Position numbers and translations under genes: made by a program. Source: a virus (Duplodnaviria > Caudoviricetes). Taken from it: a DNA stretch of 64,000 bases. This document shows positions 56,669-64,000 of the stretch, piece after piece. The stretch covers positions 1 to 64,000 of the IMG/VR virus record IMGVR_UViG_3300032233_001498; one strand, written 5' to 3'. The notes under the pieces are model-generated. The model was not told the origin of the DNA and ran no database searches. It was given only the letters and a program-made list of their open reading frames with translations. Each line of letters opens with the position of its first letter. Within the stretch, counting starts at the first letter, position 1.

Positions 56669-57627
56669 AAATTTGTTTTGTTGTTCATCGTTATGCTCCA
56701 TTTCCTGGCGGGTCGGAGTATTATGTTCAGCAGATGGCTGAAGAATGCGTTCAACGTCACCATGATGTGACTGTTCTTGCAGGTGAACATCAAGGCGATT
56801 TGAATGGTGTACGTGTGACAAGTGAAGCACATCACCTACATGACCAAGATTTGGTCGTTGTACATGGCGGTGATGTTCATGTACAAAACTTTGTATTATC
56901 CAACGCAAAGAACATTAATTCACCAATGTTGTATATGCTCATCAAACCTTCTGATAGTCAGGTTTGTGTACAAGCAATGCAAGATGTTGCCTTCATTGGT
57001 TGCTCTGCACCAGAGGATTGGGAACATGTTGAGAAACACGGACTAAAACAAAAGGCACACCGAGTTATTCATGGTATTTCACCTACCGATTGTATCGGCA
57101 CAAAAGGTAAGTTTAAGAAGAAATACGGTATTCCTGAAGATAAAGAAATGTTCTTGTCTTGCGGTGGGTATTGGCCAAACAAACAGATGATTGAATTGGC
57201 GGAGTGTTTTAAACGTGCCAATAGACCTAATGCTGTACTCGTTACAACTGGTTATGATAATCGATTCGGTATCATGCCACATGCGTCCGAGACGGTCATT
57301 CCATTGATGGTTGAAGACCCTATGGATGTCAAAGATGCAATTGCCGATGCTGATTGTTATGTGATGAATTCAAATGCCGAAGGTTTTGGTCTGGTAATCT
57401 TAGAATCTATGATTAACAAGACACCATGGATTGCACGTGAAATTGCTGGCGCAAGATTGTTACACAACTACGGCACCACATATCATAAAGAAGATGTTTT
57501 GATTGAACATATCAAAGAGTTTAAACGTAATGATAAACTTGTCAAAGATGCATTTCAATATGTTATTGCGAACCATTTAATTAAGAACACAGTAGATGAC
57601 ATTCTGGCACTAATAAATACTAAATAG
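56665..57627 (+). CDS. GT4-family (GT-B) glycosyltransferase
   Basis: MKICFVVHRYAP.PGGSE, EGFGLVILESM. Confidence 0.85.
   Translation: MKICFVVHRYAPFPGGSEYYVQQMAEECVQRHHDVTVLAGEHQGDLNGVRVTSEAHHLHDQDLVVVHGGDVHVQNFVLSNAKNINSPMLYMLIKPSDSQVCVQAMQDVAFIGCSAPEDWEHVEKHGLKQKAHRVIHGISPTDCIGTKGKFKKKYGIPEDKEMFLSCGGYWPNKQMIELAECFKRANRPNAVLVTTGYDNRFGIMPHASETVIPLMVEDPMDVKDAIADADCYVMNSNAEGFGLVILESMINKTPWIAREIAGARLLHNYGTTYHKEDVLIEHIKEFKRNDKLVKDAFQYVIANHLIKNTVDDILALINTK
57612..57626 (+). promoter_or_regulatory. Tandem T4-type late promoters
   Basis: AATAAATA (57612-19) and ACTAAATA (57619-26). Confidence 0.6.
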
Positions 57628-57657
57628 AAGATAAACTTAACTGCTGTAGAGGCGGAG

Positions 57658-59922
57658 ATGAAATTTAGAGAATTTATTACGGAAGCCAAAACTGGCAAGG
57701 TTATCGTTGTGTACGGTGGTGGATTCCAGCCGTTCCACGCTGGCCACATCAGTTCATATGAACAAGCAAAGCGAGCATTTCCTTCTGCTGATTTCTATGT
57801 TGCGTCCAGTAATGACGTTAAACAACGTCCAATCCCCTTCAAAGATAAACAATTTCTTGCCCAACAGGCAGGCGTAACTGACGCTTTTGTACAAGTTTCA
57901 CAACCAGTTAATCCACAAGAAATTCTCACCAAATACAATCCCGACAAAGATATTCTTATTCTTGTCCGTTCAGAACGTGACCCTGTTAACTACACTAAAA
58001 AAGATGGTTCTTCAGCATATTATCAACCGTTCAAATCCTTAAAAGACTGTAAACCATTTAATCCCAAAAAAGATGGTCATGGCTATGTTTTTGTCACCAA
58101 GAAAAAAGTGTTCTCTATTGGTGGCAAAGAAATATTTTCAGGCAGTCAAGTTCGTTCAATGTATTCAAAAGGTGATGATATTGAACGTAGAGATATGATT
58201 AGAGATTTATATCCGAAAGCGAAATCCCCATTGAAAGTTAAAACATTGCTAGACAAATACATCGGCGGTGTAAATGAAGAAGTTGACCTAGATGAAGCGG
58301 TTCAACATATCATTTCAGAAGGTGTACACGATAAATCAATCTTCAAGGCAGTATTTCTTGCTGGTGGTCCAGGTTCTGGAAAAGATTATGTACTCGACAA
58401 TACACTTGCTGGTCACGGACTAACAGAACTTAACTCAGACAAAGCTTTAGAGTTTTTAATGGACAAAAGCGGTCTTGATAAGACTATGCCTGCATCTGAA
58501 ACAGAAAAGCGTGATATCGTTCGTGGTAAGGCAAAGAGTCTTACAGACCTACGTCAACGTTTGGCTCTATTAGGCCGTAATGGCCTTATCATCAATGGTA
58601 CAGGTGATGATGTTGAGAAGATTAAAAAGATTAAGGCACGTTTGGAAGAAATCGGATATGATACGCATATCATTGTTGTCAATACTGCCGATGAAATTTC
58701 TGCACAACGTAATGTAGAACGTGGCCAGCGTGGTGGACGTACAGTACCAGAAAAGATTCGTAAACAAAAGTGGGATGCTGTTCAAAATGCACGTCCAGAA
58801 CTTGCAAAGATTTTTGGTGACAATTATGTGGAGTTTGATAACTCAGAAGATTTACGACAAGCACCACCTGAAGTAGTTAAGGCCAAAAAAGACGAAATGC
58901 TAAATGTATTTAAGAAGATTAAAGCATTTACATCGGCACCGCCAAAATCACCAGAATCCCAATTATGGATTGCTAGTGAAATGTCTAAAAAAGATAAACT
59001 TGGTGTTCCTAAATCTGGTGAAGGTACTCAATTGGCACCACATCCAGATTCAGGTGCTGCTGAAGAAGCCAAGAAACTTGGCCTATCATATTTTGGTTTT
59101 GGTCGTTGGGGTAAAGAAGGTGTTGTTACACACCATTCAGTACACGATTCTCTAGTGCCTATTGAGAAAGAAAAAATAGGTCAGAAAACATTAAAGATTG
59201 CTGCACCAGGTCAATCTAAGACCACAAACTCTACAATCAATAAGGTACAAATGAATCCGACCAAAGTTAATGAAGACTTTGAAAATTTCTTGACCGAAGC
59301 AGTAGCAATTACCGTTGAGGCAGAAGAAACTTTTGATATTCATCAAGAGGAAAAAAAACAAGAGTTGCACCATAACCAACTACTAAAAAGTAGTAATGGT
59401 AAAGTAAAAACTTTTATGTTACGCCGTGCAGCCGCAAAAGAAGCACACATCAATGGTGGTGTTGTGCATAAACAAGGCGCAGGTTATGTTATTAAAATAA
59501 AGGAGAGCGAAGATGTTTCAAGCATTAATCAACCTATTCAAGAAGCAACCACAGGTAGAAGTACCGTACAAAGTGGAAGTACCACAAGTACAAGAAGTCT
59601 TGTCCCCGAAAGTGGAGACTCCAGTTGTGACTGTGGAACCTGCAGCAGTTGTGGAACAGAAGGCACCCGCCAAAAGAAAAGCGTCACCGAAGCCAAAAAA
59701 TTATGGCAGAAAAAAGTCAGTACCGAAGCAATAGATGCTGGTACTGAGGCTGGCATGTCTTTAAGTGGTGCATCAAAAGAAAAATTAGACAAAAATGGTA
59801 AAGTCACTATGACTGAACTGACAGGTGATGAAACCACTTTGTCTATTGGTGACCAAAAAGAAGATGAGTTGAAAAAAGTTGGTATCAATCTATCAACATT
59901 CAAAGCAAAGAAATTCGTATGA
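57658..59922 (+). CDS. HxGH nucleotidyltransferase + zeta/AAA_33-like P-loop kinase multidomain protein
   Basis: YGGGFQPFHAGH and SGSQVR; then FLAGGPGSGKD, LIINGTG, RNVERG; low-complexity C-terminal tail. Confidence 0.75.
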   Translation: MKFREFITEAKTGKVIVVYGGGFQPFHAGHISSYEQAKRAFPSADFYVASSNDVKQRPIPFKDKQFLAQQAGVTDAFVQVSQPVNPQEILTKYNPDKDILILVRSERDPVNYTKKDGSSAYYQPFKSLKDCKPFNPKKDGHGYVFVTKKKVFSIGGKEIFSGSQVRSMYSKGDDIERRDMIRDLYPKAKSPLKVKTLLDKYIGGVNEEVDLDEAVQHIISEGVHDKSIFKAVFLAGGPGSGKDYVLDNTLAGHGLTELNSDKALEFLMDKSGLDKTMPASETEKRDIVRGKAKSLTDLRQRLALLGRNGLIINGTGDDVEKIKKIKARLEEIGYDTHIIVVNTADEISAQRNVERGQRGGRTVPEKIRKQKWDAVQNARPELAKIFGDNYVEFDNSEDLRQAPPEVVKAKKDEMLNVFKKIKAFTSAPPKSPESQLWIASEMSKKDKLGVPKSGEGTQLAPHPDSGAAEEAKKLGLSYFGFGRWGKEGVVTHHSVHDSLVPIEKEKIGQKTLKIAAPGQSKTTNSTINKVQMNPTKVNEDFENFLTEAVAITVEAEETFDIHQEEKKQELHHNQLLKSSNGKVKTFMLRRAAAKEAHINGGVVHKQGAGYVIKIKESEDVSSINQPIQEATTGRSTVQSGSTTSTRSLVPESGDSSCDCGTCSSCGTEGTRQKKSVTEAKKLWQKKVSTEAIDAGTEAGMSLSGASKEKLDKNGKVTMTELTGDETTLSIGDQKEDELKKVGINLSTFKAKKFV
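59513..59734 (+). CDS. Nested overlapping small protein in an alternative frame
   Basis: SD AAGGAG (59500-05) 7 nt before ATG; 73-aa ORF with an amphipathic N-terminus and Lys/Pro/Ala-rich tail. Confidence 0.5.
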   Translation: MFQALINLFKKQPQVEVPYKVEVPQVQEVLSPKVETPVVTVEPAAVVEQKAPAKRKASPKPKNYGRKKSVPKQ

Positions 59923-60296
59923 AATCCTTAAAAGAATTTATTAACGAAGGAGGTCGTTGCTGGCCAGGTTATAAAGCTGTAAAAGGCAAAGAACCTTTTT
60001 CTCCAGGTAGTTGCGAAAAAGTATCAGAAGAATCTGCCGCATGGCAACGCAAAGAAGGTAAGAATCCTGAAGGTGGTTTAAACCGCAAAGGCATCGCTTC
60101 ATATCGCCGTGAAAATCCTGGTTCCAAACTGTCAATGGCAGTTACAACACCCCCATCTAAATTGGACCCCGACAGTAAGGCAGCAAAGCGCCGCAAATCA
60201 TTTTGTGCTAGAATGTCTGGTGTTGATGGACCAATGAAGAAACCTAATGGTGAACCAACACGCAAAGCATTGGCATTAAAAAAATGGAATTGTTAA
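59919..60296 (+). CDS. Conserved T4-like hypothetical protein (DUF6321-like)
   Basis: EGKNPEGGLN.KG..SY.RENPGSKL..RRKSFCARM..KKWNC. Confidence 0.6.
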   Translation: MKSLKEFINEGGRCWPGYKAVKGKEPFSPGSCEKVSEESAAWQRKEGKNPEGGLNRKGIASYRRENPGSKLSMAVTTPPSKLDPDSKAAKRRKSFCARMSGVDGPMKKPNGEPTRKALALKKWNC

Positions 60297-60327
60297 TAGG
60301 TAACAAAGAATAATAAAAGGAGAACTT

Positions 60328-61083
60328 ATGTTCAAAGATAAAATTAATCAATCGGTGGCAGAAGCTGCTGCAAAAATTATGATGGGTGAAAAAGCATTAC
60401 ATCCAAACCAACAAAAGTTGGATGTGCATGAACCAGAGAAAGATGAATTGACTGCTGACGATTTCAAAAAACTTCGTGCTAAAAAAGAAGTAAAGCAAGA
60501 AGAAGTTGAAGGTTTGCTTGAATATGAAACCAACAAAGATGGTAAATACGTACACAATGCAAAAACAGGCAGATATGGTGGTTCAGAAAAACCAACAGAC
60601 CCGTTTGCTGGTGTTCGTGGTCCATCTACCGCTGCTCTTTCAGCAATTGAAAAAGAGAAGCAAAAGAAGAAGAAGAAATTCTCTGAAATGGTAGATGTTT
60701 ACAATACTACTGGTATCAAAGGTCTATTCGAAGAACTTCAGATTGCGAAAGAAGAAGCTTCACAAGAAGAATTTAATGCTGAATTAGAAAAGCAAAAAAA
60801 GAAAGCATCTGGTACTGCTGCTGAAGCAGATAAAGCAAAAGTTGCTAAGCCAGCAGTTCAAGCAGTTCAGCAAGAAGAAATTCAAGTCATTAATGCAGAC
60901 ATTGCAAATGGTGTTGATACTGTTAACATTGCAGAACGTGAACTTACTGGTGGTGAAATGAAGAAAAAAGAAGAAATCGTTATGAGCATGAAAAAAGGTA
61001 TCGAAGGTTTCAAGTCTCGTTACGGTAAAGATGCTAAGTCTGTAATGTACGCAACTGCTACAAAACAAGCTAAAGGCGAGTAA
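60328..61083 (+). CDS. Hypothetical Lys/Glu-rich protein, probable head-internal protein
   Basis: SD AGGAG; motifs LHPNQQKLD and FKSRYGKDAKSVMYATATKQA. Confidence 0.6.
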   Translation: MFKDKINQSVAEAAAKIMMGEKALHPNQQKLDVHEPEKDELTADDFKKLRAKKEVKQEEVEGLLEYETNKDGKYVHNAKTGRYGGSEKPTDPFAGVRGPSTAALSAIEKEKQKKKKKFSEMVDVYNTTGIKGLFEELQIAKEEASQEEFNAELEKQKKKASGTAAEADKAKVAKPAVQAVQQEEIQVINADIANGVDTVNIAERELTGGEMKKKEEIVMSMKKGIEGFKSRYGKDAKSVMYATATKQAKGE

Positions 61084-62720
61084 TGAAAAAGTTTCGTCAA
61101 CTATCTGAACAATTGGATATGCCTTCTGCTAATGGTAGAGCAGCTGGACGTTTCTCGTCTGGTGCTTCGAAGAAAGTTATTCCAACACAAACTCAAGCAA
61201 CACCACGCAGAGAAGTTGACGAAGCCTCACCAGAAGCAGGTGAAGATATTAACAATCAACCATCACCTGCGTTAGTTCGCAAGAATGGAAAAGTTAAAAC
61301 TGCTGATGCATTACCTGATGCTGAAATGGGTGGCACTATGTCACGTTATATGCCAGAAGAACGTATGTCTGCCGCAGTTAAATTACAAAGAGCATTTCAA
61401 CGTCAGCAAGAGAAATCTGCAGCATCACGAAAAAGAGCAGAAGAACTTTTAAGACCAAAACAAGAACCAGTAAAACCAGTTAGTGAAGATTTGCGTAAGT
61501 GGTTTAGTAAGACTGATCCCGAAGGTGGTTGGAAAAGAATCAATAGTAAAGGTGAAGCAATTGGTCCTTGTGCAAGAGAACCTGGTGAACCTAAACCGAA
61601 ATGTATGTCTAATGAAAAAAGAGCATCATTAAGTAAAAAAGAAAGAGCCTCGGCTGTTGCCTCTAAAAGAAAACATGACCCGAATCCTGAAAGAAAAGGT
61701 GAACCAATCAATGTTTCCAATTTTGGAAAAGGAAAGATAAGCGAAGATATGGAAAACTTAGAAGAAAAAAATGTACCAACAAGTCCTGAAAAATGGGCTC
61801 AAGCAATTGCACAAGCCAAAACCAAGTTTGATGTTTACCCTTCCGCATATGCAAATGGTTGGGCAGCAAAAAAATATAAAGCAATGGGTGGCGGATGGAA
61901 ATCTGTTTCAGAAGCCAAAGAGAAAACCGAATATGATTACGAAGGTGATATGGCCCGTGGTCAATTACAAAGCGTAATCAATAATGCTCAAAGAGTCCAT
62001 GATATGTTGGAAGATAATGATAATCTTCCTGAGTGGGTTCAATCTAAAATTACTCTTGCAGAAGATTACATTTCAACAGTTGCCAACTATATGATGAGTG
62101 AGGTAGATGAGGAAGTTGAACTCCAAGAAGGTCGTCCATCACAACGTCACCCACTTGAAGGTCATGAATATCATAAGAAATCTAATGATGCGTTGATTCA
62201 CATAGCTAAAGATGCCCATGAGGCAGCTGAAGCAATGAAGTCACACAATACTACTGCTGAAAATAAGTACCGTGACCAAGCAAATGATTCAGCAACAGTA
62301 AGACATTTCCGCCAAAAGAATGGAATGCCTGACTGGTACAAGAAGAAGTATGGGCACATGAAAGAAGGAACTGTAAACGAAGTTATGGATGAACCAAAAT
62401 ATAGTTTGTCAATTCAAGCTCGTCAAAAGAAGGCCGATGATGCCAACAAACCACCATTTGATGGACCATACACAAAAAGGCCTGCTGTTGTAACAGATAA
62501 ATCTGGTGCGAAACATGGTCCAATGTCACGTGTAAGAGACCTTGCTCGTGATGCAATGAAAAAGGTATCTTCTGGATTACCTAAGAAGAAATTAACAGAA
62601 TCTCGTAAAACAGAGATTGTCAAACAGGCATCGAAAGATGCTAAAAAGAAGTCTAAAGTATCTGATGATAAGTTTCAATCTGAACCTACTTTAGTTAACG
62701 ATATTATTAAACCAAATTGA
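61083..62720 (+). CDS. Modular hypothetical protein, probable head-internal polyprotein
   Basis: Modules EDLRKWF..PKC, YPSAYANGW and EYDYEGDMA..LPEWVQSKI, separated by (V/L/I)xE sites. Confidence 0.6.
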   Translation: MKKFRQLSEQLDMPSANGRAAGRFSSGASKKVIPTQTQATPRREVDEASPEAGEDINNQPSPALVRKNGKVKTADALPDAEMGGTMSRYMPEERMSAAVKLQRAFQRQQEKSAASRKRAEELLRPKQEPVKPVSEDLRKWFSKTDPEGGWKRINSKGEAIGPCAREPGEPKPKCMSNEKRASLSKKERASAVASKRKHDPNPERKGEPINVSNFGKGKISEDMENLEEKNVPTSPEKWAQAIAQAKTKFDVYPSAYANGWAAKKYKAMGGGWKSVSEAKEKTEYDYEGDMARGQLQSVINNAQRVHDMLEDNDNLPEWVQSKITLAEDYISTVANYMMSEVDEEVELQEGRPSQRHPLEGHEYHKKSNDALIHIAKDAHEAAEAMKSHNTTAENKYRDQANDSATVRHFRQKNGMPDWYKKKYGHMKEGTVNEVMDEPKYSLSIQARQKKADDANKPPFDGPYTKRPAVVTDKSGAKHGPMSRVRDLARDAMKKVSSGLPKKKLTESRKTEIVKQASKDAKKKSKVSDDKFQSEPTLVNDIIKPN

Positions 62721-62722
62721 TT

Positions 62723-62734
62723 CATAAATAAATA
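62723..62734 (+). promoter_or_regulatory. T4-type late promoter(s)
   Basis: CATAAATA and AATAAATA overlap upstream of 62761. Confidence 0.6.
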
Positions 62735-62760
62735 GTTCAATAAATTTTAGGAGATAACAA

Positions 62761-63525
62761 ATGGCACTATGGTCAAACACAGATGGCGCTGCAGGTAAAC
62801 CAAAATACCTTTCAGACGCCGACAAAGCAAAAACATTCGGTATGGATAATACCGAAATCACAGCAGGTAGTGATAACGTAACTTCAGTTGCAGTTGCTGC
62901 TAGTGGTGCTCGTTACTTAGAAGCACCCGCAGTTACCTTCTCAGGTGGAGCAGGATCTTCTGCTGCAGCTACTGCATCTATTGCTGGTGGAGTGGTTACA
63001 GGAATCGCTGTCACCAATGTAGGTTCTGCATACACATCAGCACCAACTGTTGCTATCGCAATCCCAAGACGCACTATTCCTACTACTGGTATTACTATTG
63101 CTACTGATACTATTGCTTACACAACGCATGGCCTAAGTGCTGGCGATGCTGTTAAGTACTTCCATGGAGGCGGCGCTGCTGCAACTGGTCTAGCAAATAA
63201 CACAACATATTATGTTATTGCTTCTGGTCTAACTGCCAATGCGTTTAAAGTTTCTGCTACTGATGGTGGATCAACTATTGATATTAGTGGTACTGGTAAT
63301 AATGCTCAATACTTTGAACTTGCTACTGATGTAGCAACTATTCAAGCAACAGCAGTTGCTGATTTAGGTTATGGTTCTTCTGGAATGAAAGCTACTCACG
63401 CTGGATGGGTTCTCCGTACTGTTGGTACTGGTGGTCGTGCTGGTCGTGTTCAAACAGAAACATTAGTTGCCATGGGTTCTATGTCTTCTGACGCTTCTGA
63501 CGATACAGTCCTACCAGATGCATGA
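62761..63525 (+). CDS. Virion structural protein (putative)
   Basis: MALWSNTD..KPKYL, Gly/Ala/Thr-rich beta repeats, C-terminal GRAGRVQTETLVAMGS; late promoter and SD AGGAG. Confidence 0.55.
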   Translation: MALWSNTDGAAGKPKYLSDADKAKTFGMDNTEITAGSDNVTSVAVAASGARYLEAPAVTFSGGAGSSAAATASIAGGVVTGIAVTNVGSAYTSAPTVAIAIPRRTIPTTGITIATDTIAYTTHGLSAGDAVKYFHGGGAAATGLANNTTYYVIASGLTANAFKVSATDGGSTIDISGTGNNAQYFELATDVATIQATAVADLGYGSSGMKATHAGWVLRTVGTGGRAGRVQTETLVAMGSMSSDASDDTVLPDA

Positions 63526-63844
63526 TTTTAATAATTACTTGGTTGAGGAAGAAAACCTTGACCAAGTAAATGATGAACTCGGTGAAGCACTAGACAGTTA
63601 CGTTTCGTCTATCGTTGATGCTTTTCAAACCATTCGGTCAATTTTAATATCGAATGATTTGACTATGCCTGAGACATATGAATTCGACACAGAAGGTGAC
63701 GAATGTGTTTTTGAATTGAATCCAGGTATCTACCTCTATGTAATTTTTTATCATACCGATGATGGTCAATATGATGTCTTTGCCGAAGTAACGGATGAAG
63801 AAGGTCTTGCTGCGCTAATGTCGGAGGATATAACCGAAGAATAA
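63518..63844 (+). CDS. Acidic hypothetical protein
   Basis: Probable start MHDFNNYLVEE at 63518, overlapping the previous stop. Confidence 0.55.
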   Translation: MHDFNNYLVEEENLDQVNDELGEALDSYVSSIVDAFQTIRSILISNDLTMPETYEFDTEGDECVFELNPGIYLYVIFYHTDDGQYDVFAEVTDEEGLAALMSEDITEE

Positions 63845-63847
63845 TTA

Positions 63848-64000
63848 ATGTTATTTGATGATTTGACTAATGATAATATTCTCATGTATGCTGCTAAAGC
63901 ATATGATAAACCAAACTGTATTATGTCTGAGTTTAAAGAGGATATGAAACGATTTAACTATCTTAAAAGGTTGCTTCGTAGGTATAGAAAAGTAGGTGAG
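63848..64000 (+). CDS. Conserved T4-like hypothetical protein, 3'-partial
   Basis: MLFDDLTNDNILMYAAKAYDKPNC..EFKEDMKRFNYLKRLL runs off the end of the window. Confidence 0.65.
   Translation, partial: MLFDDLTNDNILMYAAKAYDKPNCIMSEFKEDMKRFNYLKRLLRRYRKVGE

Noticed and set aside
343-62623. All minus-strand ORFs and most short alternative-frame plus-strand ORFs in the track (e.g. 725..1282, 32049..32753, 31416..31760)
   Set aside because: They are shadows of well-supported + strand genes, with no SD, motifs or plausible composition; only 59513..59734 was kept.
1-64000. Alternative genetic code or stop-codon recoding
   Set aside because: Core genes are full length under the standard code; TAA and TGA end genes normally and no suppressor tRNA was seen.

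Overview
This 64 kb window is a piece of a T4-like myovirus genome (Tevenvirinae/cyanophage-type gene set). All credible genes are on the + strand and use the standard genetic code. Gene order: (1) partial fibre protein with heptad repeats, neck genes 13/14, a gp9-like protein, an S8 protease, genes 15-23 and 3 for tail, packaging and head, with a dps gene between the terminase subunits; (2) uvsY, uvsW, 55, a cytidylyltransferase, 47, 46, peptide deformylase, a DUF4338/DruA(Mom-like) gene and an atypical tRNA-Gly-like RNA; (3) peptidase-VWA plus CobS/MoxR AAA, genes 45/44/62, regA, a structured RNA leader plus hsp20, dCMP deaminase, rubrerythrin/rubredoxin, an initiator-like tRNA-Met, genes 43, uvsX, 41 and a second DUF4338-like gene; (4) a late region with nuclease-like and ligase-like genes, a glycan-modification cassette, an HxGH nucleotidyltransferase-kinase fusion, and several proteins whose N-termini resemble T4 capsid-targeting sequences. 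No photosynthesis genes are present; the host is unknown, and a sigma70-using heterotroph is only an inference. The strongest lead is a separately transcribed 67-nt tRNA-Gly(UCC) derivative. It keeps the GlyRS identity elements, has lost features needed for translation, and lies 51 nt after a Mom/DruA-like gene. This suggests a glycyl-tRNA-dependent (DNA) modification system with its own donor tRNA. All family assignments are from motif recognition by eye; no database searches were run.
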